A stretch of DNA of 64,000 nucleotides from positions 65,410,001-65,474,000 of the forward strand of contig OZ024744.1 of the NCBI GenBank assembly GCA_964016885.1, in the 5' to 3' direction. The notes below the pieces were generated by a model that saw nothing but the letters and a program-made list of their open reading frames with translations, ran no database searches and had not been told where the DNA came from. Below are positions 1-11,889 of the stretch, in pieces (position 1 is the first letter of the stretch; the number at the start of each line of letters is the position of its first letter). Origin of the DNA: Eledone cirrhosa (lineage: Eukaryota). The position numbers were made by a program, and so were the translations under genes.

Positions 1-137
1 AAGTAGTATACTTTCATCGCTTTAACATATACACAGTATTAGGACAACAACATCAACAGTGGGTCATAATATCAAAATTTATTGCTACGGTGTTGCGGTA
101 CAGCTGGCTTCTAACTCTCAACTTGAAACTTTGTTAA

Positions 138-358
138 CCCTTTAGCATTTACATTACTCTATATTTACTATTGTATTTTCATGGTAAACACTTTACCTCA
201 CGTAATTATCTCACATAATATCAAATCTATGAGATTTTGAAATTATTTATTATTTGAACAATACCTTAACATAAGTATGAGCAGCCGGTAATGGTTGGTT
301 TGAATAGAAAGAGATGAGAGAATTCTGGCTGGATACGGCCAGTTTAAATGCTAATGGG
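138..358. mobile_element. piggyBac-like MITE (TTAA TSD, TIR CCCTTTAGCATTTA)
   Basis: TTAA|CCCTTTAGCATTTA ... TAAATGCTAATGGG|TTAA, with homologs at 21782 and 27086. Confidence 0.82.
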
Positions 359-789
359 TTAATATTCTTTATGAAACAGTTGTAAAAGCCTAAGAGGAGT
401 GTCATGACATTTATTCTTCTGATAGTCATTGATAGTACTTAAAAAAGTTGAATGCACAAATACAAAGAAGCACCATCACTGATCACTATTATAACAACCC
501 CCAAACAAAAATACATTGAAGCCTATTAAATGTTAATAGAAATAGAGCAGCGCTAAAGGTTTAGGAACTGAAATGAATGGTTATTATAAACAAATCCATA
601 AAATGACTATTCTGTCTGACATTGGTTTTGATATGACTCACTCACACTTTTATGACTGCATCATCTTCATTTTGTAACAGGTAGCACTGCTACACAGTCA
701 TCAAGAGATAAACACCTTCCTGAGGAGTGCCAATAAATGTATATACTTGTCTAGACCCAACATGCTCTTCAATATAAAAACTATATTTA

Positions 790-1250
790 TCATCATTGTC
801 GTCGTCGTCTTCACCCACTTATTCCTGAAAGGGTCATGGGGGCAGAGTCCTCAAACACTCCCTAGAACGGGTCCTGTCAGAAGCAACCATCTCCAACTGA
901 TCTGGCTGGATCCCCAAGCGTGACCAGACAAGCTCATGGATGTTATCCAACCATCTTGCTCGGGGTCTCCTGCCAGTTGGTTTTGGCTGTAAAATCTGTC
1001 CAGTGATTCTTTCCAGAGACATTCTAACCACATGCCCATAGTATCAGAACTGTTATCTCTCAATTCGTAGAAGTAGTGGCTCTACCTGAAGTAACTCTCT
1101 GATCTCCGAGTTATGCATTTTATCAAGTAACATTACTCCAAAGACCTTTCGGAGGAATCCCATTTCGGTCACTTTTATTTGCGATCATATTCCTTTGGTC
1201 ACTACCCAAGATTCATGACCTTGGTTAAGGGTTCGCACAAAATTCATCAT
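790..1250 (-). mobile_element. 3' fragment of a second RTE-clade LINE family
   Basis: GHESWV...EMGFLR...GHVVRM..ERITGQIL..PTGRRPRARWLDNI. Homologous to 10845-11430, 13185-13415 and 23227-23652. Confidence 0.85.
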
Positions 1251-1594
1251 CGTCGTCATTTTTCTATGCTGACATGAGTAGATGGGATGTTTTGAGACAA
1301 TGTTTTAGATGCCTTTCCTGACACCAACCCATTTTTTTTAGTCACCTCTTACAAGACCCAGGGATATAGTGTGCCTATTCAAAAAAGTGTGATACATATT
1401 GTAAAAAAAATTTAAAAATTCAGCATTAATATCTTAAAATCAATTTTTACATGCTGGCATGGTTTAGACTCTGACTGTCTAGTTAACTGCGCCGGATCTG
1501 TCTCACAGCGGAACCCTAAAGTATATATATATTTTACAACCTAAGCATTACTGCCCTACATGAAAATTACAGTCACATCACTTTTAATACTTAC

Positions 1595-1675
1595 TGATAG
1601 ATTGTGGATGTGATGGCCACATAAGTTCTTGGCATCTACTTCTTTTTCCACTGTGATCAACATAAACACCCAATG
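1595..1675 (-). CDS. MRCK: MRCK exon: CNH ((A)LGVYVDHSGKRSRCQELMWPSHPQSI)
   Basis: CAG/GTAAGT, 81 nt, phase 1-1. Matches GIYTDCQGRRSRQQELMWP. Confidence 0.95.
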
Positions 1676-2009
1676 CTGAAAGAAGAGGAGAAAATAAAAC
1701 CTTGAAGTAAAATGTCAATCAAAATTGTTTGACTATTAACACTATTTGAGTCCTTCATTTAGTACAGTTTTAGTGTACTTATAGCACAAACCTATAATAT
1801 GAGTATGCATATATAATTGTAACACTTCTATTTTACCACCAAAATATGAATATGAGACATATTTTATTAGAATACAGGGTAGATAAAATAAAGTACCAGT
1901 AATGCCCTGGGTATTTGCTGGCCTTGTGCCAAAAGTAGAAACAATTATATTTTATTAGAAACAAAACAATTAAATAGAAATTAAAATCTATGATGTGAGG
2001 CATGATGGA

Positions 2010-2160
2010 AGCACATGGCTTAGTGGTTAGAGCATTGGCCTAGCAATCGAAAGGTTGTGAGTTCAATTCTCAGACCGGGTGATGTGTTGTTTCCTTGAGC
2101 AAGACACTTTATTTTACATTGCTCCAGTTTACTCAGCTGTAGAAATGAGATGATAGGACT
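2010..2160 (+). mobile_element. tRNA-derived CORE-like SINE
   Basis: A box TGGCTTAGTGG, B box GTTCAATTC, and CORE-like TCCTTGAGCAAGACACTTTA. Confidence 0.8.
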
Positions 2161-2827
2161 GGGGTCCATATCATTCCACTGCAAAGTGGTCGTGGAGGTG
2201 CCACAGCAAAAAAGCACCCAGCACTCACTGTAAATGAGGTTGGTGTTAGGAAGGGCATCCAGCTGTAGAAATCAAGCCAGAATCAGTTCCCGTCCCACCC
2301 TTGCAAGCAGGGTAAAAGCGAACGTAAAATGAAATGATGATGATGATGATGACCATCTGGCACCTTTTACATGCAATATGAGGTCGGCTGAAAAGATCAT
2401 AGGTTGACTATGAAGGAGTGATGTTAGAGCTGTGAAATCTTGCATGCATTATTTTCAACTCTTAATAACTGCATTGTTTCTTTCTAGGTAAACTAATATC
2501 TGATTGTTCAAAGATAACTTTGAAAGTAACTACTAACAACTTCTTGAAAATGGACAAAATTTGGCATCACCATGTTATTGAGCAAAAAAAGGGTTAGTAG
2601 CCTTAATTTTGGAGATGCAAATGGCATACAAAATCTGACCAGCCTTGTAGGGCCTACAAAACTAACCAGTTTAGGTGAGTCTGCAAAAAAAGTCATTGAT
2701 ATTGTCCTCCATTTGACTACCTTATAAAATATCCCAGGTTCCCCCAACTCCCATTTTATAAGAATACAATTGCTGAGGAAATTGATAATAACAGGGACAA
2801 TGATGATGCTGCAAATGACATATTTAC

Positions 2828-2935
2828 CATTAAAAACTAATAAGTATTCTTTATGTGACATTTCAACAGCAGCTAACGCATCAACAGGTGTTTGGTGAAG
2901 AAATTTAAGAGTAGCATCATCAGCATTCACAAGTG
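2828..2935 (-). CDS. MRCK: MRCK exon: CNH ((T)LVNADDATLKFLHQTPVDALAAVEMSHKEYLLVFN)
   Basis: CAG/GTAAAT, 108 nt, phase 1-1. Matches DHTLSFIAHQPMDAICAVEISSKEYLLCFN. Confidence 0.94.
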
Positions 2936-3009
2936 CTGAAAGAGAAATGTAAATGAAATTATTCACATCATAGAAAACATTCTTATTTCCTTATATCAAA
3001 CTTATACTC

Positions 3010-3040
<31 letters not shown>

Positions 3041-3146
3041 AATTATTGTGTACAGTGCTCAGGTGCACTACAACTCATCAAAGGTGCATGTACATAGAAT
3101 AATGTACAAATGTCAGGAAAATAAACAGTGTATGAGTCATGATATA
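3010..3146 (-). repeat. (TTA)n-tailed dispersed repeat end; inverted partner at about 10115-10230
   Basis: About 110-bp near-identical reverse complement (TGTGTACAGTGCTCAGGTGCACTACAACTCATCAAAGG...) next to a (TAA)n microsatellite. Confidence 0.75.
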
Positions 3147-3426
3147 ATAACAATAACAATAATGAAATATTGTGCACATGTAACCACATTAGCAAAACAT
3201 TCTTGAAAAATTCAAAGCAACACTATGTGTCACATTAAAAAACAAAGTATGTACTCTAGTTTACTAAAAATGTTCACTAGCCAAGATACTATAGACATTT
3301 GAATAAATGAACTTGGTTTTAGATTTTTTTTTTTTGCTTGATCATTACAGGATATTAAATGTTAAACAGATATATCCTAAAATTGAAAGTCAATGTCTAT
3401 TAAAATTGAAATAGAGATCTACTTAC

Positions 3427-3750
3427 TCATTGGTGCCCCATCTCCTTGTACACTATAAATGGCAAAGCATGAAGGATATCCCACACAAAGCCTTTCATTC
3501 ATCATCTCTAAAAACTGAACATTTCCTGGCACTTGAATATCTTTCATTTTGCGTTGGCGTTGTTTGGTTTTGGTAAGTTCGTAAACTTGAATAGTCCGTT
3601 TGATAGCTACACATAAACAAGATGTTGAACCTTGCCTGATTAACCCAGTACAAAACAAATGACAACCTTTAGTTTCAGTGATCTTGATAGGATCATTTTC
3701 AGACCAGCCTAGTGCGGACATTTGTAACAGTTTAACATGCCGTTGTTTAC
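3427..3750 (-). CDS. MRCK: MRCK exon: CNH ((G)KQRHVKLLQMSAL...ETKGCHLF...CLCVAIKR...LCVGYPSCFAIYSVQGDGAPM)
   Basis: CAG/GTAAGT, 324 nt, phase 1-1, covered by ORF 3419..3721. Contains the ETKGC, LCVA.KR and LCVG motifs. Confidence 0.96.
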
Positions 3751-3911
3751 CTGGTGAACGGTTAGAGAAAGAAAAAAGAAAAACAGTTGTTTAGTTTATT
3801 CATATTTTAAAAGTTTAACAAGTCAGGATTTTAGGAATATCTTTACATAAAATGAAAAAATAAAAATTATTAAACTTTTAAAAAAATGAATAAACTAAAC
3901 TAGTCAGGTTT

Positions 3912-4270
3912 CTAAGGACAGGCTTCACTATTTTGCCCCAATCCTTTACACATCTGATTCATGAACATCCTTGTTCTCATTTCCTCTGCCATATTTAGCC
4001 ATGATTTTCTTGGTCTTCTACTTCCTCTACTTCCTTTCACATCCATCACTCCTCTCATCCAGTTACTTTCATCCTTCCTCAACACATGACCCAACCATTT
4101 CATTCCATTTCTCTTCACAATATTCATTACAGATTATATTTCCATCATCATCTGCAATTTATTGGCTTCCTCTCACTCTCCATTCATCAACTGAACCATT
4201 TTCGTTTTCACTTTTTCCATTACCAGTTTCCTCTGCTTCTCCATGCTCATCACCCATGTCTGACACACAT
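3912..4270 (-). mobile_element. Decayed RTE C-terminal fragment
   Basis: ORF with KWLGHVLRK...GSRRPRKSW. Confidence 0.7.
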
Positions 4271-4651
4271 AAATCATGGCACATCTCACACACACACACA
4301 CACAGCATACACGTTTAGTTTCTGTCAATTAATATTGTAGGTGCCACGGAAAAAAAAGCATCCAGCTCTCACTGTAAATGAGGATGGTGTTAGGAAGGGC
4401 ATCCAGCTGTAGAAATCAAGTCAGAATCAGTCCCTGTATGAGCAAGACATGGTCAGCAGACTGGGCACTGCCCACAACAGGACAACCCGTCTAACTCATG
4501 CTAGTGTGGAAGAATGGACGTAAAATGGTGATGATCAATACCATATAGGAACTGAATTGGGATGAGCCTCCAGATTCAAGACACTAATTTTTATTCATAC
4601 CATCTGGTAGTAATAACAGATGACAAAAAAAGCATACAAGACTGTACTTAC

Positions 4652-4741
4652 CACTGATAAAAACAACTAACTGTTCTTCAGCTATTAATTCCATCTGATA
4701 CACTGCCTTTTTATCACTTTTGTCACCGATACGAGTAAAAA
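4652..4741 (-). CDS. MRCK: MRCK exon: CNH ((I)FTRIGDKSDKKAVYQMELIAEEQLVVFIS)
   Basis: TAG/GTAAGT, 90 nt, phase 1-1. Matches RVGDNKKIHQIELIPNDQLVAVISG. Confidence 0.93.
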
Positions 4742-4845
4742 CTATAAAGTTAAAAAAAATTTTTTTTAAATGATCAAATATTAATATTTTAATATAGTAT
4801 ATAGAGACAAAGCAAATTTGTTTTGAAACAGCGACCAAAGTTTGG

Positions 4846-5000
4846 AATAAAGTAGAAATATAAGCTTACACCATATTTTGACTAAAGAAATTAGTCTGAC
4901 AGAATCATCCTTTTCAGTTCAGAAGGTTTTTAAAAAATCCCCATAATCAGACTAATTTCTTTAGTCAAAATATGGCGTAAGCTTTTATTTCTACTTTATT
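4846..5000. repeat. 54-bp inverted repeat (2 mismatches, 47-nt loop)
   Basis: 4846-4899 is the reverse complement of 4947-5000. Confidence 0.9.
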
Positions 5001-5069
5001 TAAATATTTTGATTTGAACTCAACTCAGATTTCATGATTTAAATTAACAGGATTTTTTTAAAACAGTTA

Positions 5070-5108
<39 letters not shown>

Positions 5109-5491
5109 AAATTAGGAACCAATATTCACACCATCTGTAAAGAGACATGACCCAAATATTAGGATGTGTGTCTCACAATCCTCAAGCCATGGATTTGATT
5201 CCTGATTGGGCATGTTGTGTTCTTGAGAAAAGTGCTTCATTTCATATTGCTCCACTCCGCTCAGCTAAAAAAAATACCAGCAGTTGCTGGGAATTAAGCC
5301 TGCGCCAGCCTGGCATCTGTAACAGGAGCGGTTTGGTACTCTCAGTCACTTAATGCCACATAAAACACGAAATAAGCTCTGGCCTGATGAATCTAGGCTT
5401 GAGAAAGACTTTTTTTTTTATTCAGACCATCTATCTGAAAATAGCAACAGATCACACAAAAAAAAGAAACCATTAAATTAAAAAAGCATAT

Positions 5492-5694
5492 TGCTCGCTC
5501 TGATCTTTCAACAAGATCCCAGACCTCATCAAATCCATTGCTGATACTATCTCCTGGTCGCAACTCCTGTCAGAAGGATCAACATGAAATAAAGTGTCTT
5601 GCTCAAGGACACAATGCATCACCAGGTCTGAGAATTGAACTCGGAACTTTATGATTGTGAATCCAACTCTAACCACTAAACCATGTGCCTTCAC
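5492..5694 (-). mobile_element. Same CORE-like SINE family, with TSD AAAAAAGCATAT
   Basis: A box TGGTTTAGTGG, B box and TGTCCTTGAGCAAGACACTTTA. Flanking direct repeat at about 5480 and 5696. Related decayed copies at 5150-5410(+) and 26200-26495(-). Confidence 0.78.
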
Positions 5695-5721
5695 AAAAAA
5701 AGCATATAAGACTATACTTAC

Positions 5722-5784
5722 TGTCTTTTGTTAATTCAGCTATATACAGACCATCTTCAGTTCCTATGAGTAATTTGCTGGAAT
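5722..5784 (-). CDS. MRCK: MRCK exon: CNH ((D)SSKLLIGTEDGLYIAELTKD)
   Basis: TAG/GTAAGT, 63 nt, phase 1-1. Contains the CNH motif GTEDGLY. Confidence 0.93.
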
Positions 5785-6334
5785 CTATGTAATAAAATAA
5801 ATTGATATTTTATTTGCATTATGTCAACAGTAACAATTTTTTTAATTTGCTTGTCTGTTAATGAAGTGAGGGGATTATATATAATTATAGAGCTAGAACA
5901 GGCATGGGCAACCTTTCATGAGCATAGGATGTGGCTCATCCATATATATATCACATACAAAGCCTACTTACTGTCTACCTGTCATATATATAACCTCGGA
6001 GGCAACACCTTCCTCAACCTTCTCCCCTCCCATACATCTCCCTTTGCAGTAACCATCCCTCCCCTATTACCTAGATCTGCAATTTCCCCAAACTTCCTCT
6101 CCCCTCCCTAGTTCCAAGAAAAAAGTGCCAATCCCCACTGTAAAGTGGTCGTGTTGGTGACACGACAAAAAGTGCCCAGTCCACACTGTAAATGTTGTTG
6201 GTGTTAAGAAGGACACCCAGCTGTAGAAACCAAGCCAAAATCACCCCGGGTAAGCTAAACATGGTCTTCTGTCCTGATTTTCTCCCTAAGGGTCAACCCG
6301 TCCTACCTATGTTAGCGTGAGAAATGGATGTTAA

Positions 6335-8100
6335 ATGATGATGAATAATGCTGTAGATAAAACCATAAAAGCTAAAAAACAGGCATGGAAAGATTGGAAA
6401 AGATGGGACAGCAAAGAACAATATCAAATAGCTAGGAGGAACGGTAGACAACAGGTTTACATAGAAGTGTTGCCAATGTTTGGTGACGAGAAGATCAGTG
6501 GCATAAGGTATTCCAAATTGTTGGGGAAAAGTGACAGGAATAACACTGGTGCACTAGCTTTACTGATGTCCAGATGAAAAAGGCATGGAAATATTATAAG
6601 AGGTTACTAAATGTGGAGAATGTGTAGGAGAAGTAACTACACCCAGTAGTTCCAACAATTATATGGTTAAAAAGGCCATCAGGGATATGGAGAAAGGGAA
6701 AGTCGTTGGGCCATCCAAGATAGTCACAGGGATATTGAAAATATCTTGAGTTAGTCACTCTCGCATAGACAACTAGGTAATACCTGACAGTGTCATACCC
6801 AATGAATGGCATAGCAGTATAGTCAGTAACTAGGAAAAGGTGATGCGCTAGTAGAATCAGATATAGAGGCTGGTGAATCAAAATAATGGAAAAAATTTTT
6901 AGCAATACTAATTAGGGAGAAAATCAGATTAGATAAGATGCTGTTGCAATTGTGCAAGGATAGAATATAACTGACATCATCATCTTAGTGAAGAAACTGC
7001 AAGGGACGTTTCTAGCCACTATACTTAGCATTTGTTGATTTGTAGAAGGCTTTTGACAGCATACCATGCACTTTAGTTTGGTGGGCTTTAAGAAAACTAG
7101 GCGTAGATGAATGACTTGTAAGAGCTGTGAAGAATTTAATTTGCAAGTGGATGTGCATCAAGGCTGAATCTTCAGCCATCTTCGCTTTATTATAGCTCTC
7201 CAAACCATTGCAGAAGAGTTTAAGGCGGGTTGCCCATGGAGACTCTTGTACGCTGACAACCTAGTTCTCATAGCTGAATCAGTGGAAGGTCTAGAGAAGA
7301 AATTCCAGGCATGGAAACAAAATCTAGAATCAAAAGTACATAGTAAACTTAGCAAAGATTAGAGTTTTAGTAATAAGGAAAAAAAGACAAGGCTGATACC
7401 ATTAGGGAAATGTCTGTGCTTGTTATATAGAATAGGAGTAGGTAGGGAATCTATACAGTGTGCTTAATGTAAAATATGGGCACACAAGTGCAATTGCAGT
7501 GCGATTGCAGGCAGGCTAACAGAAGATAAGCTTGGTAAGTGATAGATGCATGGAGACAGTTAACAGTAAGAGCACCAGAGAAATATAAACTTTTCCAATC
7601 CAAGGAGGGTTCTATAGAAATAGTTGATAACTCTTCTAATGTAGGCAACCTAATTAACAGTGGAGCAGGCTGCTTTGAAAGAATAATAACTAGAAGGACA
7701 TGGTGGAAAAAGTTCAAGGAGATACTACCTCTGTTGGCAACAAAATGATTTTCTCTCTGAGAAAAGGGTAAATTGTATGATGCCTGCATGAGAAGTACAA
7801 TAACATTGTATGCAGGGGTATATGTGAAGGCTGGAGAGAAGTGAATCTAGCATGCTCAGTTCAATGTGTAATGATAGTGTGCATGAACGAAATAGCATGG
7901 ATGAAGTGAGAGAAAAATGAACACAAGAAAAATGAGATGCAGTGTGCAAAAAACACTGAACTTCTAGGGACATGTGATGCATATGTATGCTGATTGTTGA
8001 GTGAAATACTGTTAAGAATGTCCAGTGGATAAACATTGCCTTAGAGGGAGGAATGCATTAAGAGGAAGGAAGCTGTGTTGGAGAAGACCTATCAGGTCAT
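6335..8100 (+). mobile_element. Old, heavily decayed RTE LINE RT region
   Basis: Fragments FVDL*KAFD, GCPWRLLYADNLVL, a Cys/His finger remnant and WKKFKEILPLL, with many stops and frameshifts. Boundaries approximate. Confidence 0.85.
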
Positions 8101-8941
8101 TTAAGCACGAAAAAGTAGACATTGTCATCACCGTTTTACATCTATTCTCCCATGCTAGCATGGGTTAGACGAGTTGTCCTGTTGTGGGCAATGCTAGGTC
8201 AGGTGACCATGCCTTGCTTATACAGAACTATGATGATAAAAATGTGTGTGTGTGTGTGTGTGTGCGCGCGTGCATATATAGTTCAAGAAATGACAAGACA
8301 AACACATACAAAAACACAAATTCATCTTAGTCTCATGCTTAGGAGAAAGAGCGTATCAGACAAACCCTTCAAGAAATGGAGAGATAGAGACACAAATATG
8401 TGTGTGTGTGTGTGTGTGTATGTAAATATACATATACACACAATGCAAACAATACAGCAATAGAATGCTCTATCCTACTGTCACAAATGTTCACTTTTAA
8501 ATCTTTTTTTTATTTTATTTTATTTTATTTCTACTTTCACCTATTTTTGTTTCTTTCATTTTCACTTACAATATTCCATAGTTTTTAACATACTTCCATT
8601 TTCATTTTCACAACCCTTGTGATTAGATACCTCTGTGTGTGTGTGAGTTTTTTTCCTGCATCTGTGTGTTTTTTGTACAAGCATGTTCACCCTATTGCCT
8701 CTCTTCTACTTATAGGTGGAAATGATTTCTCTGTAATGATTTATGTATCTTTTTCCACTTTGTTTTGAGAGTTCTAGTCTAAGAAATGTGCTGTACGTTA
8801 TTTGAGGCAAAAGGCCATATGTTTAAAAGCACATTAGTTAACATATCTTTAGGGTACAATGGACTGTTTTAACTAACTTCAAGAAGCATACAAAAATAAA
8901 AATGTACATGTTCAATTAGTTGAAGAATGTTAAATATTTAC

Positions 8942-9014
8942 CTAGAACAACAGCTGAATTCGTATTTTTAACCAGAGACATAGAATTATCGTATAGCTCT
9001 TGACTTTGAAAAGG
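8942..9014 (-). CDS. MRCK: MRCK exon: CNH start (PFQSQELYDNSMSLVKNTNSAVVL)
   Basis: CAG/GTAAAT, 73 nt, phase 0 to 1. Resembles KEAYDSTLPLIKTTQAAAII. Confidence 0.88.
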
Positions 9015-10485
9015 CTGCAAAAAGTATAAACAAACAAACAGATTAAATACCAGTACAAAATTTTTAAATTCCAAACATTTCTGGGTTTCACTTTGTTACC
9101 TAAATAACAGTAACATACACACTATCTTATATTAACTATTACATAGGAGGCAAATTGTCAGAGTCATTGGAACATCACATAGAATGCTTTGCGGCATTAG
9201 TTCTGGTTGACTGCACTCAGAGTTCAAATCCCACCAAAGTCAACTTTGCCTTTCATCCTTTTGAATATACTGTTGATTTGCTGCTACTACCTCAGGTTTT
9301 TGTCATTCACCTGATCAACTACTAGACCAACACTGCGTGATATCACACCACCAATTTCTCTCACCACGCAGCGAAGCTGCAAAACTCAAATTTCAACATG
9401 TCTCAGACATGGAGAGCTAGCTGGTAACAGACATCTAGCTGGCAACTGACCCAACTGAATGTCAACCACAACACAGTCGTAACTGCTTTTGGAAGGAGCA
9501 GGGTCTCCCTGAATTGGTTATGCACAGGTGTTAGCTGATTCGATGGAGCCATGTACCACTGGGTGCTGCATCCATCAGTAGCTTTCCAGTGTGGCTCACC
9601 TCACACACTCTAAACTAGTTGCAGTGCCTGGAGGATGTCACATGATTGCTATCTCATATGAAAGAAAGAATGATTATTTTGAGATCTATATAAGTAGCAG
9701 GCCAATATTGGGATCAATTCTTCCTCTATATTTCTTTCTAACTTTCCAGAGAGGGGGATGGGCTTCACCAGATTTTAAAAAATGCCCAAGAACAGTGGGT
9801 TTAAAATGTCATGACAGTGCCTCTACAACTCCATCAGGAGTTACTAGTTAAAGAGAGATTTCTATTATGTTCTGTAAAAACAGTTTAAAAACAAAAGAAA
9901 TATTTCCAAGAAATTAAATAACTTGTGGCAAATATGAAGGAATGGTACTCAATGCATGAGTAATTTCAAACATAAAATCTTAATTTGTATTATTGAAATT
10001 AAAATAGATTTAGATTGTAAAAAGTATTGCTAATAACATAATTCTATAGTAATTAGAGGGTGTTGTTTGCTTTGCCAACACGCACGCATGTGTGTATATC
10101 ATATATCTGTGTGTATATCATGACTCATACACTGTTCATTTTCCTGACATTTGTACATTATTCTATGTACTATACATGCACCTTTGATGAGTTGTAGTGC
10201 ACCTGAGCACTGTACACAATTTTCATTGTTATATAAGTGCTGACTTTAAAAAATGGCAGCATAAAAACAACACAATATATCCTACTATGAATTAGTTTCC
10301 TCAATTCTTCTTTTGGTGAAGTGATTTTATCATGAAATATAAGGACAGTTAAACAACTCCAAGATAACATCACAATTTTCTATAACTATTGTTGAAATGA
10401 ATAAATTAAAATTTTTTTTAATTTAAAAAGTGCACAATTATATCAGAAAAGTCAGCTTTCATTAAAAAAAAAAATATTTACAAAC

Positions 10486-10626
10486 CATTTTATTGCATAA
10501 TTTACTTTTCTTTAAGTGTTTCTGAAGTTCCAGTAACGACGAAACCCATCTCTGACGCTCGTTCTCATTTTCAGCAAGTATTAACACAGCATGAGGAAAA
10601 CCTGGATTCATTCCTCTGGTTGTTAC
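10486..10626 (-). CDS. MRCK: MRCK exon: PH C-terminal helix (VTTRGMNPGFPHAVLILAENENERQRWVSSLLELQKHLKKSKLCNKM)
   Basis: TAG acceptor. The phase-0 donor GTTTGT was chosen because the next exon starts in phase 0. Contains the LAxxExExxxWV motif. Confidence 0.88.
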
Positions 10627-10844
10627 CTATTAATGAAAATTTAATTTCAACATAAACATGAAATCCCAAATGTAGTCTTTAAAAAAAAGAAAAATTAATC
10701 CTTTTACAAATAACAATAGTACCACTATTAATTTTTTTTTTTTAAACAATCCTTTCTATGCCAAGCTGCCTGAATACCCCACTATCTGATTCCACAATAC
10801 AAAAAGCTGTTTGTTTTAAAAGGTTATATTTATCTAAAAACCCA

Positions 10845-11430
10845 TTGCAACTGACTCCATTTGATTTGGCTGGGTCCCCAAGCGAAACCAGTAGAACTCA
10901 TGGATGTTATCCAACCATCTTGTTCGGAGCCTACCCTGAGGTCCCCTACCAGTTGTTTTTGTCCGTAAAATCTGTCCAGTAATTCTTTCTTGAGACAATC
11001 TTACTCCATATCCATAATATCGCAACTGTGATCTCTCAATTCGGATATGTAGCAGCTTTACCTGGAGTGACTCTTCTGATCTTCAAACTATACACTATCG
11101 AGTAATGTTACTCCAAAGACCCTTCAGAGGAACCCCCATTTCAGCCGCTTATATTCACAATTATATTCTTTCGGTCATTACTCAAGACTTATGACCATAG
11201 ACAAAGGTTGGAAAGGATACCAAATTGAAGAGAGCAGGTTTGGCTTTTACACCTACCTCCCTTCTGATTACTGATGCTGAAGCTGGCATACTATTGCACC
11301 AGCTTCTGCAATTCTTGCACTTAATTCAGCCTCCAGCCTTCCATCACTTGTGAACACTTCCACAAGGTACTTGAACTTCTCCACCTGCTTTAGTGGAACT
11401 CCACTCATATGTAGAGTGCACTGCACAGGT
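10845..11430 (-). mobile_element. Second RTE family fragment
   Basis: QVEKFKYL...RIAEAG...ERITGQILR..TRWLDNIHE. Confidence 0.82.
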
Positions 11431-11807
11431 ATACATGTTCAATATTAATAACAAGGCCAAAATGATATAATAGAAAATGAAACACCCAAGGGTTCAATTT
11501 TCTGTGGTTAAAGCAAATTCATAAAAACATTTTTAATGAAAAATGAAAAATAAATTCAAATATTTGACATTTCCCTTCATGGTTTACTGAAGAAGGAGCA
11601 CTGTCTACCTATGGTCTTCATAGTTTAGAGGCCCTCAAGGATAGTTAAGCAGGAAAATCAGAGGAATGTACACAGTATGTGTAGGAGGTGTGCAACAGAC
11701 TAGAAAAGCAGATGCTGGTTTAATAGTGGTAGATTAGGGGATAACACATATCTGCATATCTAATTATTAAAGGATACCAAATCAATTAAAATCGTGCTTT
11801 TACTTAC

Positions 11808-11889
11808 CCTGAATATACAAGGAATATCTTTTTTGTTTGCATGTATAACATCTGATGGTAATACAGCACTAACTGAAAAGTCTTCATCC
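11808..11889 (-). CDS. MRCK: MRCK exon: PH domain ([27 protein letters not shown])
   Basis: CAG/GTAAGT, 82 nt, phase 2 to 0. Near-identical to [27 protein letters not shown]. Confidence 0.96.

Noticed and set aside
2010-2090. tRNA gene
   Set aside because: A and B boxes are present, but there is no full cloverleaf and the sequence continues into a SINE core.
3751-3775. U12-type intron (CTCTAAC close to the acceptor)
   Set aside because: The matching donor is GTAAGT, not the U12 GTATCCTT consensus.
10506-10626. Alternative donor GTAAAT at 10505
   Set aside because: It gives phase 1, incompatible with the phase-0 next exon. GTTTGT at 10485 keeps the frame.
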